From IMG/VR virus record IMGVR_UViG_3300009161_000023, positions 96,001 to 160,000 of that record: 64,000 bases of DNA; one strand, given 5' to 3'. The notes below the pieces were generated by a model. That model searched no databases. It was given only the letters and a program-made list of their open reading frames with translations, and was not told the DNA's origin. The position numbers and the translations under genes are program-made. Source of the stretch: a virus. Shown one piece after another: positions 30,008 through 47,070 of the stretch. How positions within the stretch are numbered: the stretch's first letter is position 1; each line of letters opens with the position of its first letter.

Positions 30008-30433
30008 TTATAATTCTCCCCCTGTAGGTAATTGTATCGTCAACACCTCAACATAATCAATTTTTTGTGGATCAAAAAAGCTTATACTTATGCTTAATAC
30101 ATGATCATTTGAATTTAATTCATTTGCATTTTCAGAACTGCTTTCACGACCATTTGTAATATCTATTTGAGAAATAACAATTCTTGGTTCCCAAGATTCT
30201 ATGGAATTTGCTATAAGTCTTTTAGTCTCAGCTACTAACGCTGCATCATTAGGTGAAAACAATAACTTTCTTAAAGGAGTTCCATAACTTGGCAGCATTA
30301 CTCTTTCTTTTGGATTAGTGAGTAATAATTGGATTAAATCAGATTTTAAAGTGGCTATTCCTTCTTGTGAAAATAAATATCCTAACGGACTTTTACTTAT
30401 TGGATAAGGAATACCTTTTAATACGAAACTCAT
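30008..30433 (-). CDS. baseplate wedge protein (gp25/GPW family)
   Basis: LLLTNPKERVMLPSYGTPL, WEPRI. Confidence 0.9.
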   Translation of the reverse strand: MSFVLKGIPYPISKSPLGYLFSQEGIATLKSDLIQLLLTNPKERVMLPSYGTPLRKLLFSPNDAALVAETKRLIANSIESWEPRIVISQIDITNGRESSSENANELNSNDHVLSISISFFDPQKIDYVEVLTIQLPTGGEL

Positions 30434-30460
30434 ACTATTATGTAGTAATTAAATATATTT

Positions 30461-32641
30461 TTAAACAACTAGATTGTTATTATTGTTGTTATTGTTGTTA
30501 TTATTGTTATTTTCATCAGAAACTGGATTAATTGCTGCTATTGATACAACTTTGGCATCGTCACTACAAGAACCAAATATTCTATCTGAAATTCTTAATT
30601 TTCCATCTTTGTAAACAATTACAGGAGCAATACAGAAAGTATCTTCTTTTGTAGATTTAGTTTTACAATCTCCAAGTCCTGCAAGTAAGTAAATCCTTTT
30701 CTTTGATGCATTGAAAAAATATTCATTTACACGATAATCATAATTGTCAGTTATGGATACTCTATCTTTTGTAACTAAACTTAATTTATCTGCTGGATTA
30801 TTTTTAGAATTACCTACAATTTCATAAGTGCTATCATAACTGTATTGTAAATAATTTCCTCCAGCCCTTAAATAAACATAACCTCTTCCAATAGGCCTTT
30901 CTTGCATTTCTAAAACATGAGAACCACGCTCCTTGTTATCTTTTTGTGGTGCAGTTAACCTTAAAAATTGACTAGCTGTTTTTTCTTGATCGTTTCTGTC
31001 GCTCATGTAAAGTTCAAGGCCATAACCACTTCTTAATTGAATATAAGCATTTGTTGCATTGCTCACAGGAAAATTATTCTCAGTCCTACATTCCATACTT
31101 TTTTGGAAAACGCCTTCATCAATCATTTTAAATACATGATTACTAGTAGAATTCATGGTTATTCCACGATTTGAACCACCAGTGCCAGGACATTCAGATA
31201 AAGTTTCATCGCATAAAAATATTTCATTGTTTAATGCAGATTTTATCCTTATTCCGTTATCAGCAGATCTTACTTTAGATGGTTGTTCATAATCAATCAT
31301 TGAAATTGAATGACCTGTACAACTCTTCCAATATGTTCTTCCTAAATACTTATCATTACATCCAAAATCAAAAGATTCTAAAGACCTTTGCCATTCAGGT
31401 GTTCCTCTAGGTTCTTCAACGCTATCATCCATAACAAAAGTATGACCAGATATAGAAAGAAGTTGTATTCCTGTTTGGGGAAGATCACATTTGTTATTCT
31501 GAGGTGTCTGTGGTCCTTTTATTGGCCTACATTCATTTGCTGATTTAAAAAAAGGATTTGTTCCTTTTTGAGTATTTGCGTAAATAGTTCCTTCTGGAGT
31601 ATCGGGATGACCACCAATTACATTTTCAGACTGCTTGCCACAACTTACTGGATTAGGGAAACCTTCTGGAGTTTCTTTTGAAAATGGTAAACCAGGTTCT
31701 ATAATATCAGTTATATAATCAAATCCTTTTGGTTCTTGGAAAGCAGTATCACTTTGTGGCGTTAAAGCAGTAACATCTTCATTGATATTTGGTTCTTTCG
31801 CATCAACATAACAATTTGTACTACCATCTCTGGTTCCATCTCCACATTGAGGATGTGCCCATTGACCAGCGTAGTGTAAATGATCATCTTTAAAAATCAT
31901 CCAATTACCACACCCAGATAAAAGCTCCATCCTTTTCCACTTCCTATTGCATTTACCATCACCATCAACCATTTTAAGCATGTGTTTTTCAGGAGTTTTA
32001 AAACCATAAATATTTGGAAAAGTAGCTCTTTTTAATGCATCTAAATTATTATCTATATCTGTAATTGATGTAATGTCATATCCATTATAACTTTCAGTAT
32101 TCCAAGGAGGTAAAACTTGCGAGCCATTGTTAGGGCCAACTAAATAATTATTTCTTTTTCTTTCATATAAAACATCGTATTCTTCAACTGGTATACCCCA
32201 AGCATGGCTTCCATCAGCACCTCTATCTCTTGTCCATGTTGTTCCAATATAATAAGCAGATTCTTTATTTCCATGCTCAAAAACTAAACAAACTGTTGAT
32301 CCTGCTGGAGGAACCCATGATGATCCAGAATCATCAAATCCTCCAAATGTACTAATTGGAAATGCCCATGGTAAAGCAGTTACTTCTATCGATTGATTAT
32401 TTGCATTTCTTGGATTAACTAAAACTGGATTAAAATATCTTACTCTATTTTGCTTATAAATATCAAATGTATCTATTACAAGAGCAGTGTACATCCCAGT
32501 TATTTGCGTGTCTTGTTTTACAGTATTAGAAGATTTGTTTAAGAATGTTTGAGGTATTTTGTTTACAGCTAAGCTTAATTCATTAATGTATTTTTCTAAA
32601 ACTTTTAATTTGCTATCTAGACTATTAATTTTATTGATCAT
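30461..32641 (-). CDS. baseplate central spike (gp5/VgrG/gpV-like)
   Basis: OB-fold GMYTALV...LPWA...WVPPAGSTVCLVFEHG...YYIG; beta-helix repeats SGHTFVMDD, TGHSISMID; poly-Asn tail. Confidence 0.8.
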   Translation of the reverse strand: MINKINSLDSKLKVLEKYINELSLAVNKIPQTFLNKSSNTVKQDTQITGMYTALVIDTFDIYKQNRVRYFNPVLVNPRNANNQSIEVTALPWAFPISTFGGFDDSGSSWVPPAGSTVCLVFEHGNKESAYYIGTTWTRDRGADGSHAWGIPVEEYDVLYERKRNNYLVGPNNGSQVLPPWNTESYNGYDITSITDIDNNLDALKRATFPNIYGFKTPEKHMLKMVDGDGKCNRKWKRMELLSGCGNWMIFKDDHLHYAGQWAHPQCGDGTRDGSTNCYVDAKEPNINEDVTALTPQSDTAFQEPKGFDYITDIIEPGLPFSKETPEGFPNPVSCGKQSENVIGGHPDTPEGTIYANTQKGTNPFFKSANECRPIKGPQTPQNNKCDLPQTGIQLLSISGHTFVMDDSVEEPRGTPEWQRSLESFDFGCNDKYLGRTYWKSCTGHSISMIDYEQPSKVRSADNGIRIKSALNNEIFLCDETLSECPGTGGSNRGITMNSTSNHVFKMIDEGVFQKSMECRTENNFPVSNATNAYIQLRSGYGLELYMSDRNDQEKTASQFLRLTAPQKDNKERGSHVLEMQERPIGRGYVYLRAGGNYLQYSYDSTYEIVGNSKNNPADKLSLVTKDRVSITDNYDYRVNEYFFNASKKRIYLLAGLGDCKTKSTKEDTFCIAPVIVYKDGKLRISDRIFGSCSDDAKVVSIAAINPVSDENNNNNNNNNNNNNLVV

Positions 32642-32657
32642 TTAAAATACCTTGCTA

Positions 32658-34355
32658 TCAAAACTTCATAATGTTTATGCTGTATAATTCTAATGTAGTA
32701 GTGTAAGATCCAGAATTAATTGTAGACCTGCAAGATTTTACTTGATAAACTTGAGATAATTCTTTATTACAAGCACTTTTAGCTAAAGATTCACATGCAC
32801 CATTTTCATTTGTTGTTACTTTTACACAATATGGATCAATGAAAATAATTTTTATATATGGAGTCTTAAGCCAATTAACAGTATTGGCCCAGTAAGGGTC
32901 ACCATGAATCTCAAGATCTGCTTTAATTGGCCCAACGATTGGTAAATTGTCTAAATCAACACCAGCTATTAAGTTTGCTTGTAATGTTTCAATTTTTATT
33001 GCAGCAATTCTAGAAGGAGGCGTATCATTCATTGTAGCTGGCGTTGGTGAAATATTTACACCTGGCCCATTGCTATAAGTACTTGTAACTGTTGGCTCTC
33101 CTGATTGACCAGTTTTTAAATTTTTTAACCTTGAACAAGAAGGAATTTGAACAACACCTTGCCCAGTTCCAGATGGGCCTCCACCACCAGTTCCTGCTTT
33201 TAATTTTGGAGATTCATTATTTTCTGGATTAACTCTAGCTAATGGAGTGGCTTGAAATTGAGTGTTAAATTTTATTACTGGACTACAATCACCACCACCA
33301 ACAATGTAAGTTGGTATATTATCATAGTTAGTTTCTCCTTTCTCACCTAAACACCAATTTGGTTTCCTGTCTTCTATCATTAAAATTGATGGCTTACCTT
33401 TAGAACCATTATCATAAGCAAAATTAAATCCTTTTTTGCTATTTGTTTGAAATCCATTTAAAAGTTCTCTGTAATATTGAAAAAGAGACAATCTGTTTGG
33501 ATTAAAAACATTAAAAACTCCATTTTTCCCCCCTTGATCAGGCATGAATTCCCATTCCGTAATCTTTTGGTTAGGTTTTGTTGGAATTGTAACGAAAGCT
33601 ACAGTTGTTAGACCATCTTCTTTTTTATTTTCACAATTAAATTTTGCAAATTTGTCTATTGCACCTTTTAATGCACCTTTTAATTTTTCGCTAAAAACAA
33701 TGTTATCTAATCTAGATTCTTCAGTTTTTCCAAATCCATCAGTGAATTTAATAGAAACTTTATATACTCCAGCGTCTGATGAAACATTAACTGATTGCAT
33801 TAGACCATAAATATATGGCCCAGATGTAGTTTCCTTACCGTCACTAATAATTTTGTAACTATTATTATTGTTACTAGTAGCTTTCTGCATTCCGTACTTA
33901 TCTACAGAATCATTACATCCTCTTATAATCCAACCAATATCAATATAAGCTTTAGCTAATGAGGCATCTCCAGACTCATTTCCCATAATAAATTTATCCC
34001 ACTTACAACCTTCTTTAGGCACAATAGAAATTAATTTTTTAACATCATCAAAATCACAAGTAACAAGAGTTATATTTCCTTCAAAACTTGTACCAATAGT
34101 CATTTCAAAACTTTGAATATATGAGTTGTTAAATTTATATTCATTGTTACCAGCTGTTGTAACATTTTGACCAAGTGGATCTGCTGTTGAATATGCTTTA
34201 TCTCCCAAAACAAATAGAACATAAGGAACATAAACACTGTTATCTTTTTTAGTAAAAGGTTCTTTTATTCCACCGCCATTTGTTATGTAATTGAATCCGC
34301 TACCGCTTGCACAGGCGTTTAAAACTTCAAAATTATTTTTGTTGTTACAAGGCAT
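32658..34355 (-). CDS. putative baseplate hub protein (gp27/gpD-like)
   Basis: Position between spike and gp53-like genes; C-terminal ADLEIHGDP...YQVKSCRSTINSGSYTTTLEL. Confidence 0.55.
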   Translation of the reverse strand: MPCNNKNNFEVLNACASGSGFNYITNGGGIKEPFTKKDNSVYVPYVLFVLGDKAYSTADPLGQNVTTAGNNEYKFNNSYIQSFEMTIGTSFEGNITLVTCDFDDVKKLISIVPKEGCKWDKFIMGNESGDASLAKAYIDIGWIIRGCNDSVDKYGMQKATSNNNNSYKIISDGKETTSGPYIYGLMQSVNVSSDAGVYKVSIKFTDGFGKTEESRLDNIVFSEKLKGALKGAIDKFAKFNCENKKEDGLTTVAFVTIPTKPNQKITEWEFMPDQGGKNGVFNVFNPNRLSLFQYYRELLNGFQTNSKKGFNFAYDNGSKGKPSILMIEDRKPNWCLGEKGETNYDNIPTYIVGGGDCSPVIKFNTQFQATPLARVNPENNESPKLKAGTGGGGPSGTGQGVVQIPSCSRLKNLKTGQSGEPTVTSTYSNGPGVNISPTPATMNDTPPSRIAAIKIETLQANLIAGVDLDNLPIVGPIKADLEIHGDPYWANTVNWLKTPYIKIIFIDPYCVKVTTNENGACESLAKSACNKELSQVYQVKSCRSTINSGSYTTTLELYSINIMKF

Positions 34356-34356
34356 T

Positions 34357-34677
34357 TTATATAGTTCTAGGAACCCTTAAAGTAAGACCTGATTTAAATT
34401 CGTAAATATCTTTAATTCCATTAAATTCCATTATGTACCACCAATAATCAACCGTTCCATAAGCTGCGTAAGAAACTAAATCAGGCCTGTATTCAGTAGA
34501 AGAATTTATTAATACAAATTTGTCATTTGAACTTGCTGGTATTGGTTTTCTTTTGTATGTTGAAAAAGTTAATTTATTATTATCACCATAATATAAAACT
34601 TTTGAATTTATATATCTACTTGAAAAATCAACAAACCTTTTTGTTGTAATGTCAGGATAAGAAATTTGATTTGCCAA
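34357..34677 (-). CDS. baseplate protein (T4 gp53/LysM-like)
   Basis: RPDLVSYAAYGTVDYWWYIMEFNGIKD...LRVP; TTG start with SD GGAGG. Confidence 0.8.
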   Translation of the reverse strand: MANQISYPDITTKRFVDFSSRYINSKVLYYGDNNKLTFSTYKRKPIPASSNDKFVLINSSTEYRPDLVSYAAYGTVDYWWYIMEFNGIKDIYEFKSGLTLRVPRTI

Positions 34678-34678
34678 T

Positions 34679-35200
34679 TTATCCTCCTGTTTCTAATATG
34701 TTCTTAGAACCTGGTAAATTAAAAGTTGCATAAACTACTTCAAATGATAATTCAACATCAAATTTCATTGGTAAAAAAGTCGCTTCATCCCACATAACAT
34801 CAACTGGAAATTTAACATTGTAACTTTTTAAAACTGCACATAAAGGATTATCTCCAAGGAGATATCCACATTTTATGGTTACTAATGGAGGTGGAACCAT
34901 CACGGTACTAGTACCTGAATCAGGGTAAACTAAGCTTTCTAAAAATCTTAAATCATACAAATTGTACTGAGATTCTTCTTCGCTCTCAGCAAAAAAGTGA
35001 ACACTCCAACTTATTGACCTTGTGTCACCATGAGAAAAAACTTTTAATGGTGCAGACCTACCGATGCCACTTTCGTCTGAATAATTAGCTTGTTTTTGAT
35101 CACTAATATCAGGTAAAATTTTCATTTCTAAAGTTGTTTTACCTGATTTAATGTAGCAGTCTGTTAATCTTCTTAATTTACCGTTTACTGTTGCTTTCAA
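34679..35200 (-). CDS. tail tube initiator / baseplate-tube junction protein (gp48/gp54-like)
   Basis: GRSAPL...RSISWSVHF, LVYP...PPPLV, VDVMWD; TTG start. Confidence 0.65.
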   Translation of the reverse strand: MKATVNGKLRRLTDCYIKSGKTTLEMKILPDISDQKQANYSDESGIGRSAPLKVFSHGDTRSISWSVHFFAESEEESQYNLYDLRFLESLVYPDSGTSTVMVPPPLVTIKCGYLLGDNPLCAVLKSYNVKFPVDVMWDEATFLPMKFDVELSFEVVYATFNLPGSKNILETGG

Positions 35201-35229
35201 TTTATTTCCTTTTATTATTATTATATAGT

Positions 35230-35952
35230 ATGGAATTTACACAAACTAAATTAAAATTTATAGTTACTGGTACTGGTAGATGCGGAACATTGTATTTATC
35301 AAAATTATTATCTTTTTGTAATACTTTTTGTGGTCATGAAACTATTTTTGATTATTCTTCATGGAACACAATTCTTCAGAGATTGTTTAATGATAAAAAA
35401 CTAATTTTAAGTAAAATAGCAAAAGATACCTATGGAGATTACTTAGAAGATAAAAACATCGAAGCTGATTCTAGTTATATGGCAATGCCATACATACACC
35501 TTAATATATTCAATAGTTGTAATTTTATTCATGTAATAAGACATCCAGAAAATGTTATTAATTCGTTTTGTCATTATTTAAATTATTTTTACGATGAATC
35601 TTTTTTTTCTTTAAAAGAATATGATAAAAAATATTTAAATTTTATTTATAAAAATGTACCAGATATTAAAAAATATAAAAATCCTTATGATAGAGCAGCA
35701 TATTTTTATCTCTATTGGAATAATCAAATAGAAGAAAAATTAAAAAATAAAAATAAAATATTAATTAAAATTGAAGAAATTAAAAATAATAAATTATTAG
35801 AAGATTTTGTTGGAATTAAAGTACCTGATGATTTTGAAAAAATATCAACAAATAAAATTGAATATAAAAGATTTAAATTAAAAAATATAAAAAATATAAA
35901 AATAAGAAATGATATATTTAATTTTTGTGAAAAACATGAATATAATTATTAA
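35230..35952 (+). CDS. sulfotransferase-fold protein
   Basis: IVTGTGRCGT (5'-PSB loop), IHVIRHP. Confidence 0.7.
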   Translation: MEFTQTKLKFIVTGTGRCGTLYLSKLLSFCNTFCGHETIFDYSSWNTILQRLFNDKKLILSKIAKDTYGDYLEDKNIEADSSYMAMPYIHLNIFNSCNFIHVIRHPENVINSFCHYLNYFYDESFFSLKEYDKKYLNFIYKNVPDIKKYKNPYDRAAYFYLYWNNQIEEKLKNKNKILIKIEEIKNNKLLEDFVGIKVPDDFEKISTNKIEYKRFKLKNIKNIKIRNDIFNFCEKHEYNY

Positions 35953-36236
35953 TGAGAATAAACAACAAGAAAAACTTTAAGAAATATATTAAATCTTGTT
36001 TTTTTTGCAATGAAAGTAACTTGAACTTACTTGATGTTCATAGAATTTATGAAGGTCATAAAGGAGGTGGATACTACCACGAAAATGTTTTAGTTATTTG
36101 TGCAAATTGCCACAGAAAAGTTCATGCAAGTGAAATTTATAATATTAAAAAATATAAATCTTATGGTGGTATTAGCTTGTTTCAAGTAATGTATTTTATT
36201 GAAGATAAAGAATATTTTAAGCCTTGTGATTATTAA
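35952..36236 (+). CDS. HNH endonuclease
   Basis: CFFC...LDVHRI...ENVLVICANCHRKVH. Confidence 0.85.
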   Translation: MRINNKKNFKKYIKSCFFCNESNLNLLDVHRIYEGHKGGGYYHENVLVICANCHRKVHASEIYNIKKYKSYGGISLFQVMYFIEDKEYFKPCDY

Positions 36237-36841
36237 TCGCTTAATTTAAATGGAGCTTTTTTTCCTGCATTATTAAATTTTTCATTATCTGGTTTATCTT
36301 TTCTACCTTTTATATGTTTTATGCTAAATGGCTTATCATCCATAGCATCGTTATGCTTTTCATTGTCTGGCTTATCTTTTCTACCTTTTATATGTTTTAT
36401 GCTAAATGGATGCCCATCCATAGCATCGTTATGTCTTTCATTGTTTTTTTTATGTTGCGTTGGTTTTAAATGACTTATATTAAAAAGACCACCATCTCCA
36501 GAAGCATTATGTTTCCAATTATCAGTTGGTTTGCCATTGCCTTTTATGTGAGTTATTTTAAAAGGTGATTTTTCCCCAGCCTTATTGTGTATTTCATTAT
36601 TATTGTTTGGTTGCTTTGGCTTTAAATGATTAATTTTAAAAGGATTTTTTTCGCCAATATTATTCCATAAACGATCATCTTTACTTATGTATAAAATTGC
36701 ATCAGCAGAAGCTGGAATAAAATAAGCTGGTGGCAGTAAACATAATCCACCATATCCACATGGATACAGAAGTGTCTTTCCAGCAGTTGCACCTTCTACT
36801 ATTTTATTTTCTTCTTGTATTAGCCATTTTTTAAATGTCAT
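36233..36841 (-). CDS. basic His-containing protein with 26-aa repeats
   Basis: About 5.5 copies of HNxxxxxxPFxIxH(I/L)K; N-terminus MTFKKWLIQE. Confidence 0.7.
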   Translation of the reverse strand: MTFKKWLIQEENKIVEGATAGKTLLYPCGYGGLCLLPPAYFIPASADAILYISKDDRLWNNIGEKNPFKINHLKPKQPNNNNEIHNKAGEKSPFKITHIKGNGKPTDNWKHNASGDGGLFNISHLKPTQHKKNNERHNDAMDGHPFSIKHIKGRKDKPDNEKHNDAMDDKPFSIKHIKGRKDKPDNEKFNNAGKKAPFKLSD

Positions 36842-36875
36842 GATGTATATATTGTTATTTTATATATTCTTACTG

Positions 36876-43733
<6,858 letters not shown>

Positions 43734-43757
43734 TAATTAGCCTTAAACATTATTATT

Positions 43758-44243
43758 TTATAATCTAGTTATTTGATCAGCGTTTATATTTGTATTGTTA
43801 TTTATTTGATTACTAACATCATTTCTAATAATACTTGCTTCTTTTGGTGTTAAAACTCTTGCAATTCCAATAATGTTTAAAAAAGCATCACAATCAAATA
43901 TTTTAACGCTTCGCATTCCAACTTTTTTATATTTCCTATAAGCTTTTATTATATATCCACTTCCTTTTACTAAATTGTATCCAAAGTTAGGATTTCCACA
44001 GGCATTGAATTTTTTGCCAAGAAGTTCTTTTATTGTATAAAATGTTAATGCGTGTATGTTTAAGCCAGAAATATATTTAGTAGTAAGCTTAGTTACTATT
44101 ATGGTAGGATATGGGTCATGTTTAAAGAAGTCATATTTGAATGCAATTATAGAACCTTTTCCTAATGTTTTAGGCCCTAGTCTTTTAGTTGATTTACCAA
44201 AATCTTTTGGTAAATCTTTTGAATAGAAAGGATCTTCAGCCAT
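43758..44243 (-). CDS. DNA end protector-like protein (T4 gp2-like)
   Basis: GSIIAFKYD...DPYPTIIV...SGLNIHAL. Confidence 0.55.
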   Translation of the reverse strand: MAEDPFYSKDLPKDFGKSTKRLGPKTLGKGSIIAFKYDFFKHDPYPTIIVTKLTTKYISGLNIHALTFYTIKELLGKKFNACGNPNFGYNLVKGSGYIIKAYRKYKKVGMRSVKIFDCDAFLNIIGIARVLTPKEASIIRNDVSNQINNNTNINADQITRL

Positions 44244-44244
44244 A

Positions 44245-44754
44245 TTAAAGACCAAATCCATTTTTGGAGTAAACTTGGTTTGAATAATCAGTACCAGTAT
44301 TTCTAACAACGATTGAGCCAGCTTTATCACCAGCAGATTGACCATCAATAATTTTTCCCATTAATTCATCTTCTGCAAATTTAGAGTGTTTGAAAAACTT
44401 TCTAATTTCCAATGCAACTTCTTTAACTAATGTTTCAGTAGCTTCTTTTTTTTCAGCTTCGACATTACATATTTGATTGAATAAATCATTAATATCTAAA
44501 GCTCTAGCTAATCCATATGGTAAAGTTTCTTTTGTTTTGCAAACTTGAAATGACATAGTTTGACCATTTTCAAATATTCTAATTCCTTCAAAATCTAAAT
44601 TATTCAAAGGATTAAAACAAAATATATATGGCTTTGATTCACCTAGAAAAGAATCTACTCTTAATCCATCTTTTTCAAGAATCTTTTTTACTAGATTAAG
44701 TCTTTCTTCTGTTTCTTTATGTTGTGCAAAGGCAAATTCTAAAAAAGTTTTCAT
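44245..44754 (-). CDS. hypothetical protein
   Basis: 169-aa ORF starting MKTFLEF. Confidence 0.65.
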   Translation of the reverse strand: MKTFLEFAFAQHKETEERLNLVKKILEKDGLRVDSFLGESKPYIFCFNPLNNLDFEGIRIFENGQTMSFQVCKTKETLPYGLARALDINDLFNQICNVEAEKKEATETLVKEVALEIRKFFKHSKFAEDELMGKIIDGQSAGDKAGSIVVRNTGTDYSNQVYSKNGFGL

Positions 44755-44757
44755 AGT

Positions 44758-46086
44758 TTAGCAATTTCTAAGCAACATTTCAGGTGCAGAAGGAATGCAT
44801 CTTTGCAAAACTTTCAAATCACTTGGGTTGCCATTATAAGGTATAGATTTAATGTTAATACCAGTAAAAGAATAAGCAGCTTCTTTTACAATTTCTTCAC
44901 TGGCAATTAAAAATAGAACGCCATCTCTTCTTGCCATAAATTCTATATTTTGCTTAATAGGTTTTCCTGATTCATCAAGTTCACCAGTATCTTTTTGATA
45001 TAATATTTTAACATCAGAAGCAGTAATAATATTATTATCTTTATCAATAATCGCTTCTGAGTTTTCATTTTCATAAAACTGAACAATTATCTTGCCTTTG
45101 TTATATGCAGATTTCAATGCTGTAGAAAGATCTAATCCCAGCATGAATATAGTTCCATCTTCATTAACAACATTTACTAAAAAAGACCTTTTTTTAAAGA
45201 AGCTAGAAATGCTATCAATTATAATTCTTTTTCTTAGAATATCTTTTTCTTCAGGTGCTCCATTTTCTAATCTTTCTATTTCTGAATCAGATAGATATTT
45301 TTCTGGTTCATCAGCAGTCATGAACCATCTTCCTAGATCAACAGATCCAAATTTAGAATTCATTCTAGTTGAAATCTTAATTGAATAATCTTTTTGATTA
45401 AATACTAAATCTTCATTTAAGCCACCAGATCCAACTTGAACTGATAACAGCAAGGAGGCTATGAATTTTCTATGTAGATCGCCTTTTAGTCCATGAAGTC
45501 CAATTAGCTTAATGAATACATTTGCAACATCAGGAGAGCTTTGTAAGCTATTGATTATGTGGTTAGTCAAAGAAACAGAAGGATTGTTTTGATCTAATTC
45601 TTCTTTTATTAATTTTCTAATTTCGTTAGATACTTTTTCAATATTAGCTTGTTGTCTTAAAAAGCAAATTTGAAGATTATCTTCAACAAACTTTCTACGA
45701 TGTGGATCAAGATCATAATCTCTTACTTTTTGAATCATATTAATAAGTTTGTTTGTATCGCCTTTAATAGTTTCTTTAAAGTAATCACTTTCCCAAGTAT
45801 CATAATCAAAGTCTTTTGCTTCTTCTGGCATATCAGGAGAAGCTGGATCATTTGATGGATCTGGTTTATCTGCTGGTTTTGGTTCAAGTTGTTCAGGGGC
45901 ACTACCAGAGATTTTATCATTTAAGTTTGCAACATTATTATCTTCTGATGGTGGCATTTTAGCTCCAGCACCTGGTAAAAATGCTTGTTGGGAATCTGAT
46001 GGAACACCAGCAAGTGATTCAGGGCCACCGCCAACGACAGGATCTTGTTCATTAATTAGCCATGCTTCAAGAATCGATATATTCAT
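44758..46086 (-). CDS. hypothetical protein with Pro/acidic N-terminal linker
   Basis: 442-aa ORF starting MNISILEAWLINE. Confidence 0.7.
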   Translation of the reverse strand: MNISILEAWLINEQDPVVGGGPESLAGVPSDSQQAFLPGAGAKMPPSEDNNVANLNDKISGSAPEQLEPKPADKPDPSNDPASPDMPEEAKDFDYDTWESDYFKETIKGDTNKLINMIQKVRDYDLDPHRRKFVEDNLQICFLRQQANIEKVSNEIRKLIKEELDQNNPSVSLTNHIINSLQSSPDVANVFIKLIGLHGLKGDLHRKFIASLLLSVQVGSGGLNEDLVFNQKDYSIKISTRMNSKFGSVDLGRWFMTADEPEKYLSDSEIERLENGAPEEKDILRKRIIIDSISSFFKKRSFLVNVVNEDGTIFMLGLDLSTALKSAYNKGKIIVQFYENENSEAIIDKDNNIITASDVKILYQKDTGELDESGKPIKQNIEFMARRDGVLFLIASEEIVKEAAYSFTGINIKSIPYNGNPSDLKVLQRCIPSAPEMLLRNC

Positions 46087-46516
46087 TTTTTTCTTTATCC
46101 TTTACATTATTAAGAGCTTCTATTATGGAGCGTCTATCTGTAATATGTATGTGATTCGTTTGATTTGTTAAAGCTTTAGAGTTATTTTTTTCTTTAATTT
46201 TAAGAGAAGTTAACAAATCTGCCATTTTAGTTTTTTTATCTAATATATCACTTTTAATTTTTGTTAAATTTACTACAGCTTCTTTAGAAGAGCTACTTAC
46301 ATCTCCTCCGTTAAAAACCATATCTGTAAAATTTGATAAAAGGCCATCTACTTCAATTCTATCAACTCTAATATCTTCTAATATTTCTCTATACAAACCT
46401 AGTAAATATTCATCTCCAATTAATCCTGTGTATTCTTCAACGACAGGCTGTTTGTTTTCTATATTTACAATTTCTGGTACGATATTATCTACTTCGTCAC
46501 TTTTAATTTCATCCAT
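46067..46516 (-). CDS. hypothetical protein
   Basis: SD AGAGGTG; 149 aa. Confidence 0.65.
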   Translation of the reverse strand: MDEIKSDEVDNIVPEIVNIENKQPVVEEYTGLIGDEYLLGLYREILEDIRVDRIEVDGLLSNFTDMVFNGGDVSSSSKEAVVNLTKIKSDILDKKTKMADLLTSLKIKEKNNSKALTNQTNHIHITDRRSIIEALNNVKDKEKNEYIDS

Positions 46517-46584
46517 AATAATTCACCTCTAATATTATTTACTTTAAATTAATATAAAATTAACAAATTTGCCATAAATATAAT

Positions 46585-47070
46585 ATGGTTTTAAAAAATA
46601 ATAATAATAATGATGCATTTCAAGCAAATTATAATTTCTTGCAACTTAGCGATTCTATTAAAGAAATTGCAGTTATGATTTCAAAAACTGATATTCATTT
46701 GGAAAATATAAAAGCTCAGCAATTTGAGTCTATAAAAAAAATCGAGAGAATTGAAGAATTTATGAATAATTTTTCAAATTTAGAAAATAAAATTAAAATT
46801 ATAGAGCAAAAAGATTTGGTTATTATTAATAAAGAAATTGATTATCTTAAATCTGAATTTGATAAAGCAAAAGATTGCATTGATGAGTTATTTAAAAAAA
46901 TTGATAGTCATAAGACTAAGATATGGGAAGTTAAAGGAGACACAAGAGAAATTAAAGTTTTCAATGAAGATTTTAAAAGCAGGTTAAAGTTTATGGCAGA
47001 TTTATTTTTTAAAATTGCAATTGGATTATTCTTAAGTTTCGCAGCATATAAAATGGGATGGGAAAAATGA
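46585..47070 (+). CDS. coiled-coil protein with C-terminal TM helix (XhlA/holin-like topology)
   Basis: Long heptad region then FFKIAIGLFLSFAAYKMG; ATAAATA 4 nt before ATG. Confidence 0.5.
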   Translation: MVLKNNNNNDAFQANYNFLQLSDSIKEIAVMISKTDIHLENIKAQQFESIKKIERIEEFMNNFSNLENKIKIIEQKDLVIINKEIDYLKSEFDKAKDCIDELFKKIDSHKTKIWEVKGDTREIKVFNEDFKSRLKFMADLFFKIAIGLFLSFAAYKMGWEK

